Position numbers and translations under genes: made by a program
Notes under the pieces: generated by a model
The model's database searches: none
Told to the model about the DNA's origin: nothing
Seen by the model: the letters and a program-made list of their open reading frames with translations, nothing else
Part shown: positions 24,843-38,200 of the stretch, one piece after another
Layout: each line of letters opens with the position of its first letter
How positions within the stretch are numbered: the stretch's first letter is position 1
Assembly: GCA_000708835.1 (NCBI GenBank)
Contig: DF236985.1
Coordinates: 62,001-126,000 of the forward strand
Origin: Klebsormidium nitens
Taxonomy: Eukaryota > Plantae > Klebsormidiophyceae
Length of the DNA: 64,000 nucleotides
Reading direction: 5' to 3'

Positions 24843-26232
24843 CTGTTCCCATATTCAGTGGAGTGAATAACGTCACCTTGTGTGCTCTTGTAAATCGGCC
24901 GCGTATATTCTTTTGGACCACAGCTTGCCTCCTCAGATTCTATCCGGCATTAATTGATTGGTAGCAAAAGCTGGGTTCTTAATTCGTAGTCACAATCACC
25001 TGGTCCCGGATATTACTTAAGAAAGTCGCTCTTGAACCTGACGGTCAAGGTGTTCAGAGTGCCACGCATGAGCCTATGTACATTCTTGCGCGTCTTCAAG
25101 TCTGCGCTGGCTTGCTCGAGTAAGCAGGCCAAGCGCACGGATCTAATTCAAAAGAATTGTAATTTGTCGCAGGCACGTAGTATGGGTCTGCGTGCAATAC
25201 ATGATCGATGATGATGCCCTTTCACGGTGAACCATGCAAGTGCCTTGCAAATCGATCGTGAGGCCCATGCCGTCGGTTCATGCGACACGCAACATGCATA
25301 CACCAATCGAAGTCGGAGCCTCATTTCTTCAGATGAAGCATCCGGGGGAATCACAATTAATTGGTTTCGCGTGCAAGCATTTACAATTCGCCGAGAACGT
25401 CCATAATTTTATATAACCGCGCATGCTGCGCACTTCCTTGTACCCTTTTGAGCGAATTCACCGACTTGAGACTGCGTTCGACATCATGCAGGAGATTCAT
25501 GCAAAAGAAGCTCCACGAGTCTGTGCAGGCAAGCGGCAAGCTTTTTGAAGTAGTTGTCACGCGGTATACATCAGAGTTATGCAGAACCTCTTGCTGAGGG
25601 CGAAGAAAACGTTACCGTGCCTTTAATCCTGCTCATCAATATAGAAACGTTGAAAAGGTTGGAGACTGAGATCCAGCGTTGCACTGCAGTCAAGCTCATT
25701 TCGTCCAAGCATGCCCGCGGGAAGGTGCCCGGTACTACTTGGCACCTTCGTCGACAAATCTTGTGCACTTCTGATGATAATGCGTCAGATATACCGGTGT
25801 GAGTACTGTCCTTCTGATGCAGGGGGTTCAGACCCAGACAACAGTATGTGAAGCATTCTCAATTTGCGTTTACAATGAATACCATAACAAGATGTTATAT
25901 GATTGAAATTCCAGAACTCTTCCTCGCTAGCTTCTCAATGCTCGCTGCTCCTTCTCAAAACTGGCTAGACGCCTACGGGCTTGTGTTTTATTCTCAAGAG
26001 ACCAGAAACCACTCTGCAACGGATAACACGTCAAAAACGTGGTACTTAACCCTCGTTGCTGATTATTCTTTAATGAATGATGGAAGATGAGACGACGGAA
26101 GAATTGGAGGCACTTTCTAACGCCAGAGCGAATCATCGCGGCTCTTCGATGGCTGAAATGAACCTCGCTGCCATGTCAAAATACTCTCAAACTGGTTTGC
26201 AATGGATTACCAGCAAAACCCGGGAACTAAAC

Positions 26233-29200
26233 CTAGCAAGACGCGTTGGGGCCGGGGGCGCTGGGGCACTGGCCCGCGCAGCAGACGTAGAAGTCGCCGT
26301 TGGAATTGAAGCACTGCAAGGAGCACGATCAGAACCGTGGTTAGTCATTTGCGGTTAAGCGGCAACCAAGCGACTAAAGACTCATAGTCACTAGATTTCT
26401 TAGCGTAGGTTGATGTTAAGACCGTAACATACCTAGACAAGAAGGTTTTTGTAGACGTAGGGTTACGAGAATGTTTGAGTTCCTCAAAATCTCTGAGCTA
26501 TAGCATGCTCGACATTCAACGTTGATACAGCGATGCGAAGGCAGTTCAAGAAGTTTGGAAATGGTTCGGCCAAAACTTCCTGAGACAGGAAAGCGCCCTC
26601 GTGAATCCGAGTGAGCCCATTCCGTAACCCACCTGGTTGGGGAGCGACGAGTAGGGGTCGCACGTAGTGCCCCGGGGGATCCCCCTGGCGTCGGTAGTAG
26701 GCGCCGGGGTCGGAGAAGAAGTTGTTCCGGTCGGGGCGGAGGTGGTTCCGGTCGGGGCGGAGGTGGTTCCGGTCGGAGCAGAGGTGGTTCCGGTCGGGGC
26801 AGATGTGCTTCCGGTCGGGGCAGATGTGGTTCCGGTGGGCGCAGAAGTGGTTCCGGTGGGGGCGGAGGTGGTTCCGGTGGGGGTAGTAGCGCCCGGGGCA
26901 GGGGCCGGAACGCCAGCGGTAGGAGCCGGGGTGGAGGGAACCGGGCCCGGGGATGAGGTGGTGATAACCTGCAAACCAATCAGGTTTCACTTTCTCTTCA
27001 AAAACTGTACACCATCTCAAAGAGATGTCTCGTTTCGTTTCAATCAGACGGTCACACCCTTACCAACCCCACCCGTCCTTGGGCCGGTCTTGCAATTAGT
27101 GAAAGTCCTTGGAAGTAGTAGTCCCCATGACCTTTTGATCGGCTCACTTTGCCACGACAATAGCACGTTCACACAAAGAAAAAGACGGTTAGACACTAAC
27201 CCGGGCGTACTGCTTCCCGAGGATGAGGTCCTGTCCGGGGATAGGCTCCGGGTTGCCGCCACAGTACGGAACCGGCCCAGGCATGGCGGGGCAACCGGTG
27301 GAGCAGCACGCCTGGGAGTCGCCGAAAGCGTTGAAGCACTGCGAAGAAGGGCGGACGACCAATTCGCCGGTGAACTTGTGTTTAAAGCACATGGCGAGGG
27401 GATTGTGCGCTGTGCAAAACTTGAAAAAGGATGAAGGAATCCGAACATTGAGGACCTGAAAAGGCTCCGGTTCAATTTTATGATGTTGGTGAAAATAAGG
27501 CGTTATGAGGCGGGACTACGACTTCACCCGCCCCATCGTTGCGACTCTTCCGAACGGCTGAAGGTAAAGAACACAAGGATGCCGAAATGCTAGCAGGGTC
27601 TCTTTGCAGGAACGAAATGAAGTCGAGAAAATTTGAGGTTCAATTTTGACGTTTCCTTTAAGGTCTCGTCTTTTTAGCAGCTTCCGGATGTAAATGAAAT
27701 CGTTTTCCACAAAACGCATCGCATCAAGCCGTGAATCTTGGAGGGGTTCACAGTTCAAGTGCGAGTTGTAGAAACATAAAGCAGGTCTGTTCTCTACCAG
27801 GACTCAAGCGCCTTTTCGACTTTGTAATCATGGGCCCATTCTGCACAAGAATAGAAAGGATAAAGGCACTCACGGGGTTGGGGAAGGCGGGGTCGGAGCA
27901 GGGGGAGCCGGGGCGCTGGGCTGTACGGCGAAACGGACCCCAACTTAATACTTCCGGACAGCTCTGACGAACTCGTTGTATGTAATGCCCACCGTTAAGT
28001 TGCTTTGTAGACCCTCACAATCGGCATGGTCAGGATTGTAAAGCGGTCCCTCGTCAGATATCGACGTCTAAACGGCAAGATGACCACGGAGGGGGCAACC
28101 AATATGTGAACACAGATTCGGAGAAACCTGCCGTGCTACCGACACTTGAGCTACCCAAGCAGTGCACCCTCTTCAGATGGCGTCTCTATGCCGCCTTTAC
28201 TTTACCTGCCGCTTCTAAACAAGCAAAGCATGTCTGAGATCTGTTTTGAGCAAACGCATGGCGGCTGAACGCGTCGAATCCGCAAACGGTTGTACAAGAG
28301 GTAGACGGATCGGTGCGCAGTTTCTACTCACCGCGGTTGGGGCACTGGGCGCTGTTCAGCCTCTTATAAGTGTAACTGTCGGTGACGACAGCTTCGTCAT
28401 CCTGCAACGAGAGACACGTGTCCGTTTCTTGTCAAGTGTCCAATTCCGATTGCCACTACTCGCAGTCGCTAAACTCTGACTCCTCAATTCTTAAGGACGT
28501 CGCAGGTACAAAGAAGCTCGGAACATTCTACAGCGCGTGCCAAGTTTGAGAAAGAATATGCTGGTTACAGTGCAGGTTAGCGCAGGGGTTACAAGCGGGT
28601 TAGATGCTGACCTGGTTCCTGTGCCACTGCCAGACGGCGGTGTTTGCGTCAAGCATGTCGAGCGTGGCGTGTCCGAACGAAGGCTCGCGGTACGCGGACC
28701 ATGGGGGCTGCAGGAAGCACGGACATGGGTTAACGTAACCCACATAATCTTTTCCTCCGCGAAGGGTCTACCTCGCCCGCTCAGACACGGATACGTTCAG
28801 ATTTTTGTGAGAATAAGAAGGTTTCTTTGCTTGAATCTACCCGCTTCAGACGAACAAGTGATCACAGGCCACAAGTTGAAGACGAAGCTGCAAATACAAT
28901 CACTTGGCTAGCTTGAAATCATCAGTTCAGCTGAAAAGACGTTTTTCCCTCTTTGCTGCTTGGGCGGCCGCCCATGGCTGCGTTCGACAACATGCTTGCA
29001 AACGGACGGTGCATGAACGGAGCATGAGCCTTCGAGATGACTTCGACTTCCAGTGGCTTTGCGATTCCGCAACGGCCGACCTAAATTGGTGCAGTAACAG
29101 AAGCGAACCGGCGAGGAAGGAAGTGAGGGAGATCTGGAGTGGATTTAGAAAATCCGGAGCAAGAGAAGGAACATAAGAAAGCTCTTAGAGAGGCGACACG

Positions 29201-32200
29201 TGCCCCGAAACGAGCAAAGCTAAAGGAAAGCCAAAAAGAGATACAAGGTCCCCACCTGACTGTCGTAGCAGTAGGAGCCGTTTTGGAACGAAGGGCAGTT
29301 GGCGGTGGGTCTGGGGCAGTTGGCTGGAAAACAGAACAAAATATTCTTAAGCCCACAGCACTATTTGCGACCTCAAACAGGTGCTTCGATTGGTATGGTG
29401 TTCTCTCTTGCGGCGGGAGACTCTACCAGAAGGAAAAGAGGTTGCCAAAGTCTCCCTCTCCCTCGCAGAACATTTCCCTCACAGAACTGCCAACAAAGTC
29501 GATTGAACGCTCTGATCCGAAACAGTCGCCGCCAGCAAGCAGGTAATAGAGTAGCGTGACGTCAGCAGGGCGCGCACACTCACGGGGCACGTCAGCGAAG
29601 GTGGTGTAGAGCTTCTCCCTGTTGCCGCCATCGCCAATGATGAGCTGCGGACAGAGGAGAGGCGGAACTTTAGATGACGACAGACGACAGAAAAGCTGTC
29701 GAAAGTACCCAGGTTTACGACCGCGCCTTTGGAAAGCTAGGTTCGCTCTACAAACCTAGCGAAGTTGACATAAAGTTTGTTAAGAGCTGCAAAAGATATG
29801 GATAAAGCACATGAAAGTCGCAACCGAAGCGAGGCCCGATGCGGGAACTGTCACTCCATCAAGGTTGCTCCGAAGAAGGGACAGATGCTTTCTCAACCAA
29901 TCTTCAGAGCCGCCTTACCCAATGGACGGACGGTTGAACTCCCCCGCAACACTTTAGCTGGCACAACGAACGTATGAATGCTAATCGACCGAACCTGAAC
30001 CACAAACGCTCCCAGCGACGCCACACGTTTTAACACCTAATACAGTCTTGCTGCGGACGTTACGGTTACGCGTGAACTGCGGACGTCATATCGTGACGAG
30101 CAGGCGATCGCTGATCGCTTATGGGACGCTCGCGCGCTTACGTAGCTGGGCGCGCAGGCGTCCAGGTTGTAGTTGTACACCCGCTGGATGCGCTCGTACG
30201 CATGGATGTGCCCTGCGGACGTCCGGAAAAAGTCCTCAGTAGCTTACGACTGGGCTTGCGTGGATTGTGGACGACGGAAGTCCGAACAGATTTTGCGAGA
30301 CATGAAACATTCAGAACATGATTCCTGTGTGTTCTGGGCTACGACGTCCGTGCAGACTCCGTGGGACAGAAGAATAATATTTCTGTGTACTGCGGTACTA
30401 CGGACGATACTATCCGTGAAGTTAGGAGGGTAATTTCTGGGTGGCTTGATTCACAGGAAATTCACAGGCTGCTAACCAGGTTGATTACCAGACTTAGGTC
30501 TTAGGATATTAGACAACTAATCGTTGCTTTAACCTTGTTCGAGGGCTGGTTACCGCCCAAGTTGATTAATGGACATGTGACCAGCCTAAAATCAGCCCAT
30601 AATTGTCCACGGTTACAAGCCAAAAACTCCTGTGATTGAACCCATGCACGGACGTCCGGCAAGGGGCATATTGGAGCGTCTCCCTACGGGCTTGCAGGAT
30701 ACTTGAGGAAACGCTTATATCGGACGCCATACACTACTCTCACCGAAGCTGTCGCCCGAAGCCTCGTCGAACTCGTAAGGATATGCTCGTGAGGACGGCT
30801 TGATTGAACTCAAGTGGTTCGCAGTTACAAGAGGGTTCAGGGTTTTAGGATTTCGAGGTTTTGAAAGAGGCGGAGAAAATAAGTAGTCCCGACACTTTAG
30901 TGGTTTCCAGCCCATCAGGACTAACGAGTCTCAGGTAAGTTGAGAGCAAAGGTGAATTTCGGAGTAGGGCGCGCAGTAAGAGATCGTACCATGCATGATG
31001 ATGTCGACACCGTTGGCGTAGAAGATATCCTCGTACACGGCACGGAGGCACTCCCACTCCTTGTAATGAGTCTGCAGCGCGGCGGGGAGGTGACGTCAGG
31101 CCGGGGAAACAGTTCAATCAATTTGGCATCAGCACGAGACCGTGATTCAAGCAGGAGAATATAACTCGATCTTCAAAGCTCCTGACTTGGCCGGACGAAC
31201 GGGGCTTTTCTCAGCTCAAGATGAAATGCAGAAGAATGAGCTGAGGTGGATCCTCTCAGGAAGCAAAGATACAACCCGACGAGGACGAGAACCCGCTTCA
31301 AAGGCTATCAGATTGGTTTTAAAGTTTAATCGTGGCCGACGTTCGTCAGAAAGAGAACCCGCTTCAAAGGCTATCAGATTGGTTTTAAAGTTTAATCGTG
31401 GCCGACGTTCGTCAGAAAATGGCAGCTGACGCTATTGCGGCGCTACCGTTTCAGGGTCTGAAGTCAGGAGGGAAGCTACCCGGTAGAAAGCGTATCAAGT
31501 AAGAAACTTTAGAATAGCAGTACTGACACCCAGGCGATTTGCAAAATCAAAGTTGTCGTGCTCAAAAACGAATCCAGAATGAGAGAGCTCACCATATAAG
31601 ACACATACCACGGGGAGTGGAACAGGACAAAAAGCCAGGGGGTCCTGCGAGGCGGGGACGAAAAACGTCAGCAGAAGCAACTGCACGTGGCAGGGCTTTA
31701 CAACAAGGGGGCTGTGAGTCAGAAAGTAGAACTCGGGCCATCACAAGCAGACTGAACACTCCTCAAAGCAAGGCAAGCTTTCAAAGGCGCCAGCAGTTCA
31801 TATTAGTCCGTGTCTACAAAGAGACTGCCCATTCATCCGGAAAACTCCCTGGCGGGTCTCAGAATGCGTCGAACTCAGCAAAAATACCCTCAGAACCTCA
31901 CGAGAAAAGTAGTAGGTTCTAAAACTTGTAAGAACACTGGAAAACAGAAGGCGAAACCATAGATTCAAAATGACAACGTCGGTCCCAAAACGGCGCTAGT
32001 GCAGGTTCCAAAAACCTGAAAACCTGAAACCCTTCTCAAGGCCTCGACTTCTAATAAGCTCATAAAAACCCGTCAAAGACGATAAGTCGTAGAACCTCGC
32101 AGTTCAGAAAGACCTGAGGCGGCTGGGTTTATTGTTGGGTTATCATGAGAATCAAATAACCACTCACACGCTGCGGTCCACCTTGGCGAGCTCTGCCACG

Positions 32201-35200
32201 ACGAAGTTGTACTGGTCGGTACCAGCTGTGTACGGTAGGTACCTGCAAACGCGCTTTTATTACTCTTCAGCCACGTGTTCGTATCCCTAGAAAATGCATC
32301 TTTTCCTCGCGCGAGAACGTAGGCAGAACATAGCGGTCATAGGTAAGAGCAACTGCCACGGCTTTCTAGGTTCTAGACTACCGTTCTCAAGTAGACAGAA
32401 CGAAGCTGGAACGTCGAAGAAACATATTCGCTGTCTTTGCGATTGCAGAGAGCATCTGCGGAGCCTGGGTGTCTTAATAGCATCTTAACCAGCGATTGGT
32501 GTTGATGAAGACGAAGTTTTGAACCCCGTAGAGAGCGTTAATCTACGCCCTGCCAGTCGATTCCGCTTTCCCAATGGGTTTTTGCCAAAATCCTGAATCA
32601 AACGAGCAAGGGCTCGTAGGTACTGACGCCCGGCCCATAAGAGGGCGGTGATTATCACTGACGTTGGAAACAATCAAAGCAACCAAAAACGGGGTTTTGT
32701 AAGGAGCCACACTTACTGGTTCATGAAGATCATGCGCACGCCGGGGGCGCTGATGGCATACCAGTCCTGTAACCAGGTTAATGAAAAGGGGTTAAGGGCA
32801 CTATTTGAGACCCTACGTGGGGAGCTTAGGCAGCGGAAGATTGCTGTACATGCGGGTTCAGTATGGATATGCAAGGAGAATGGGCGATCGAATCCATAAG
32901 AGTGTTCTTACGAGGATCTGAGATGAGCCACAACGATATTCGTAACGTGGACGAATGCGAACGCAGAACAGCGTGAATTTTGGGAACCATTTCTGAGGAT
33001 CCAGACGAAATGAGTTTTTCGAGCGACTAAAAGGAGCGTCCCTCGAGGTCAGTTCTTTGAGTGTCAGGGAGGGGTCAGGAGAACAGGGCCGTAGAGGGAA
33101 CTTCGGTCTCGAAGCGGCGAAAGGAAAGAAGAAAAAGTGGTGACTTCTGTTTTCAGCAATTTTCGGGCCTTTCACGTGCGGAAGACGTCAATAGGGCAGG
33201 CCGAAACACTCTCGTCGGGTTTTGAGATTGACATGAATTCAAAGTCGGGACCGCTCAGGAACAGCATCTGGGCGGTCCAATAATCGTAGGCATTTACAGA
33301 TATGACTTGAGGAGTTTTCTACTGTTTTCAAACCATTAGGGATTTTGTGCACCTGGGCGCCCTGGTGGCTCTTGGCGAAGTTGCTGCGCGCGTTCCAGGA
33401 GACGAAGGTCCGCCCGTCCGACTGGGTCTCAATCTCGTGGTTGCCGGCAATGCCCGCGAAAGGGACCTTGGACCACAGTTTCTGCACAGCAACAAACCGA
33501 TATATTCTCAAATATTCAATGTCTAATCGGTTATTGGTTCTTTAGCAGATTCGAAGGCCAGGGCGCAAAGCGGGTCGAGTATCACTATGTACTGCGAATG
33601 GTGGGAAGCTTTGGCAAACTAGCGAAAGGGACCTTGGACCACAATTTCTGCACACAACAAGATCTATATGTTCTCAGACAATAATGGTGCAGGACCTTTT
33701 ACCGGATTCGAAGGCCAGGGCGCAGAGTTGGTCAAGTTTACTTTGTAAATCAAAAGCCGGGAAACTCTGGCCACCTATTTAAGGACTTCCTACTGAACGA
33801 ATTTGACCGACGATTGCGCGTCCGAAGCAACTTCGAACTTTGTGAACGTCCATGCTTCTAGACTGGATGGCGCGGCGAGGAAATACTGGAGTCAGCGAAT
33901 CCGTTGACGTCAGCACGGGAGGGTTGCTGACGTCACTCACCTGGAAGAGGCGGAAGGTGGAGTCCCACCGGGGCTGGAAGGTCTGGCGGCAGTTGAAAGT
34001 ACCGTCGCTGCAGTCTGCAAAAGGAGATGAGAACGGACGAGGGTTCAGACCGGAAAGCAGACGAGAATGTGACAGGAGCTGGAACCAGAAAGAGTCGACG
34101 AGCTTGATCTAGAAAGAAGACAAGGAAGTAACAGGAGTTCGAACCAGAAAGCAGATGAAGGAGTGACAGGAGTTCGACCCAGAAGGAAGATGGATAATGG
34201 ACAGAATTTTGAACCAGATACAATGGTGTATGGGGAAGCGGAGCTAGGTCCGGTGATGGGGAAGAGGCAACCGTCAAAAGGTTTCAAAGGAAAGAATGAA
34301 TGAGTCCAAGACTTGAAGAGCATTAACTTGGTTAATGAGAATACTTTTGTTTGTCATGGTTATGACACTCTGGATGGATGGTGCATGAGGCCGAGGACTG
34401 GGGCCGAAACTGTCTGCCGTTAAGAATACAAAGACAGGTAATCTGCGCTCGAATCACGCGCTGAGGCGCCAGCTTCGTACTGAGACTTCCTTTCAGATGC
34501 AAAGCCCCCTGGATTGCGGGTGTTGTTTACATGCAATTTTGTTTTCTAAGATTGCCTGACTGCGACTTCCGATGGACGAAGTCCGTCAAAGAGCGACTTC
34601 CGATAGAAAAGTCCGTCAAAGAAAACAACGGAACGTGCTTACAGTTGTCAGCATAGACGTAATCTCCGATGTGAATGTGCAGATCAGAGTTGCTCTGCTG
34701 GATGTGATCGACGGTCACCGTCGTGTTGGCGGTTTCGCCGGGGTCGGCGTACACACTGCGGGGGGGCAAGAACGGCCGTCAATCCTTACCCCCGGAAGCA
34801 GGGCGCTGTCTGCGTTTTCCTTGATCTAACCGGCTGCGAAGTTGTTTTTCACCGCATGATCGAAAACTGTACCACTGCACAGGTCTCACCGCCTTTACAA
34901 CTCATCGGTCACAAACAAAATAGACAGATCACCCCAAAACGCAGTTAAACTCTCGTCAACTGGTATCGAACCAGGATCCGTACGTCAGATCATAAAGGAC
35001 GTATTCCTATCGAACCAAATGCGTACGTCAGGAATCGCGCGTCTAGGAATGCACAGTGTGAAAGGATACTCACGCGATACGGTAGGGCCTGAAGGTGGGC
35101 CCGACGGCTTGGAGCGTTTTGAAGGACAGCTGCGGGCTGTTTCTGGTGGCGCCGTCACCAACGGTGTAGAAGTAGGTTGTGTCGGGGGACAGGTCTGCAA

Positions 35201-38200
35201 GGGGCACGAATTTCTGGTCAGGTTGACCGACCTCTAGAGAAGTAGCCTTTTTGACAAGCAGCCTTACCAGGAGCCATGTATTTCAAGGAACGGAGACAGG
35301 TTACAAGCAAACTGGTTGCAAAACAAGAGCAATAGGACTTTTCCGGAGACGAAGGCCTGGAGAGGATCACAGTCTGTTCTACTGCGCCGGAGAACGCGAA
35401 CAGGAAAAGAAGGATGAACCAAATGCATGGGCGCTGGCAGACCGACTAACTGCAACCCCGTATGAGACTGTCACGCACACAAAAGAGAAGCACCACGATG
35501 AGGGTCGCCATCCGCACACTTGGTAGTCGCGACATCATCGATTGATTGTTGCCAATCACAAAATTTCCCCCCCGACAAACTGGCGCCTCAAAGGCGCCAA
35601 TTCGGTTTGCTCCAGATAGCCAACCAAGATTACAACACTCTGACACCTTGAAGGCACCAAATATGCTTCGAGGGACTAAGTGACGCCTGATTGCCGCGCG
35701 CCTTTTGGACGTCAAATATTCTTCAGGTCCAATCTGGTGCTCTTGGTGACGCTTTGGGGACTGTTGGGCGGATAACATTACATTAGTTTGGTACGGGCAT
35801 GGAAGGTGCCTTTTAGGCGCCAATCTGCCGGGGGGGGGACTTTGGGATGCTGTTTGGTTCTTAGGTTGTCGAGGAGTTGTTGTAAGAACATGTCCCTGCG
35901 AACAGCATACCCGCACTCCGCCCCATGCCTTTGATACGCACGGGCTTTAACAGAAGTGTCCGTTGGATTTTCACGTCGGGCGAGGAGCCGTGACGTCAGC
36001 AATGTCGGGCACTCACTGGAGACGGTGACCTTGTGGATATACCCGCTGACGTACTGCACCGCGATGGGCCCCGTGTAAAACTGGGAGTAGCTCGTGGCGG
36101 CGCCGCTTGCGGAGCTCGTGAGAAGACCCGCTTGCTGGCCGAACTTGACGATCGAGGGGGGGGCAAGGGCGGGGTCAAGCTCGGGGAGCTTGTCCTGCTG
36201 GGCGGCGCGGGTGTAGTTGCCTGAATTCGGGGTTGTTAAAGTATGTGTCAGTCCACGTTTTAGTTGGACTATTTGGGTTAGGGAAAATGAAACTCTGAGT
36301 TCGGTCTTTAAGCTTCGACACCTAGCTACCTTCCTATGGGGAGGGATCGGCAGGACCAGTGCGGGGAAGTGGGGGTCAAAGGGGGGTCCAGCTCTGGGGA
36401 GGCGGGTCTGCTGGACTGCGCGGGTGTACTTGTCTGGGGTTGGGGGGAAGAGCAATGTGGAACATACTTGTTTCTGGGCAGTACGATCGTTTTTCGAGCA
36501 ATAGGGAGTTTGAGGAGTGATGTCTTAGCGGGTATGCGATTTTTTGGATGGCAATAAGACGAGGAGCGTGCTATAGTGTAAAGCTTGGGGAGTTGCCAGC
36601 CTTGGAAGAAGGTTCTTAAGTCTCTGCTCGAAACTGGTTCCCCATGCCACAGAGCTTTTTAAGATCATGAGTTGGTCTGCTTCAGAAAACAATATTGAAG
36701 GAATGGTAAGAGGATGAGGTTTACAAGACAGTAAGAAGAGTATTTTCTCTCAATCATGCAGACCCACAAGCCTTTTTCGAAGGTTACAAGGCTATTATGC
36801 TCTATTCAGCTGTTAATTGTTGTCTATGAGGGAGCCTCAAGCTCAATGCTCTCCCCTGCTTCAGTGCTCCTCTGGAATCTGAGTAGCAAAGAGTTAGCAA
36901 GAGTTAGCAAAAGTTAGCATGAAATAGCAAGAGTTAGCAAGAGTTAGCAAGAGTTAGCAAGAGTTAGCAAGAGTAGCAAAGTAGCATACCAGTGACCCAG
37001 TTGAAGGAGATGGTGGTGGGGGACTGGTAGTTGAGGTTGATCTGGTCGGGGAAGGAGAGGTCGGGATTGAGGGGCTGCAGACGGGGGTCGTCCAAGGAGA
37101 GATCCTCAGACCCTCCTGGGAGGCCCACCTCGGCAAAGCTGCGGCCCCTGGGGGTCTGCATAACAGGGGAGAAAGGGAGGGGGACGACGTGAGAAAATGG
37201 GGGTGAATTGGAAACAGGCCAAGACAAACGAGCAAGTGAGGAGCAGCGCAAGACAAGGGAACGTCTCTTAGGAGGGGAAGAAAGAGAGGGTTGCGAATAC
37301 CCGCTCATGATAGAAGCTAGTGAAGGTAGATAGGAAGGCAGATTAATCTTTCTAAAGTAGGCATGGAGGAGACACTGAGAGCTCTGGGGAAGAGGAGACC
37401 AGTTTAGAACGCCGAGGGGCAAATGACTCGAGGAGAGAGTGAGAGAGGGAACATATAAAATGAGGAAGCTGCAAGAAAACTATGATGACTAGGATGGCTA
37501 TGTAGTGCTGCTGCTTGTAAGAGGTAGAGCAGACTTGGACAGAAACCGAGCAACTTATTGATCCGTTCTCCGGGAGAAAGGCTGCATGTTATTGAAAGTG
37601 AGATACTCCTAGCCAACCAGTAGCTATTGAAAGTGAAGGTGCAGAATGATGGAAGTTGTGAATGTATAATCTTGGCCATTAACAGAGCTCAAACTGCCCT
37701 GCTTTTCTAAAACTTTGTCAAGTAGTCCCAATCTGCACAGGTCTTAAATGCATGTCGTTCGCGGGACTACTTGTCAAAGTGGATGAGAACAGGCAATCTC
37801 AGTAGAGGCGTTCTTTGTGCTGACTCCATACACCAAGTCCATCAGTGCATGGGCATGCATGCCTCTCCCTGCTGTAGATAGCTCCTTGAACTTTTAGTGG
37901 AGTATGTTGCATATTCCTTCCTTGTTGGAGAAGGGGACCTCCAAGACCAAGGAAAGTCATGTCCTTCCAGGCCTGACCCTTCCTGCCAAAGCTAGCCAAA
38001 AAGTAGCAGCTAGTGCAACCAAGTAGCCAGCTTTAACATACAACAGGAGGAGCTTCTGACGGTTCTATAGGTACGTCCTGCAAGCTGGGTGCATGCTTTT
38101 TGGCAGCTCACCTCCGCAGAGTAGAACGGCGCATCACCAGGCACGTGCACAACCTGCTGGGAAGACTGTGCCGACGCAAGGGCCAGGGAAGCGAAGAGCA

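Noticed and set aside
26484-27434. Alternative-frame ORFs with PEPPPPR, PDRNHL or VGAEVVP repeats
   Set aside because: Other frames or strand of the 21-bp coding minisatellite; only the GTTSAPT frame splices in phase with flanking exons.
30832-30862. Telomere-like TTTTAGG/CCCTAAAA runs (also 49505-49524)
   Set aside because: Only 2-3 degenerate units; not distinguishable from chance.
34040-34260. Degenerate ~35-bp purine-rich repeat in a PAP intron
   Set aside because: Poorly conserved; reads as an extended pyrimidine tract on the sense strand with no evidence of coding or mobile origin.
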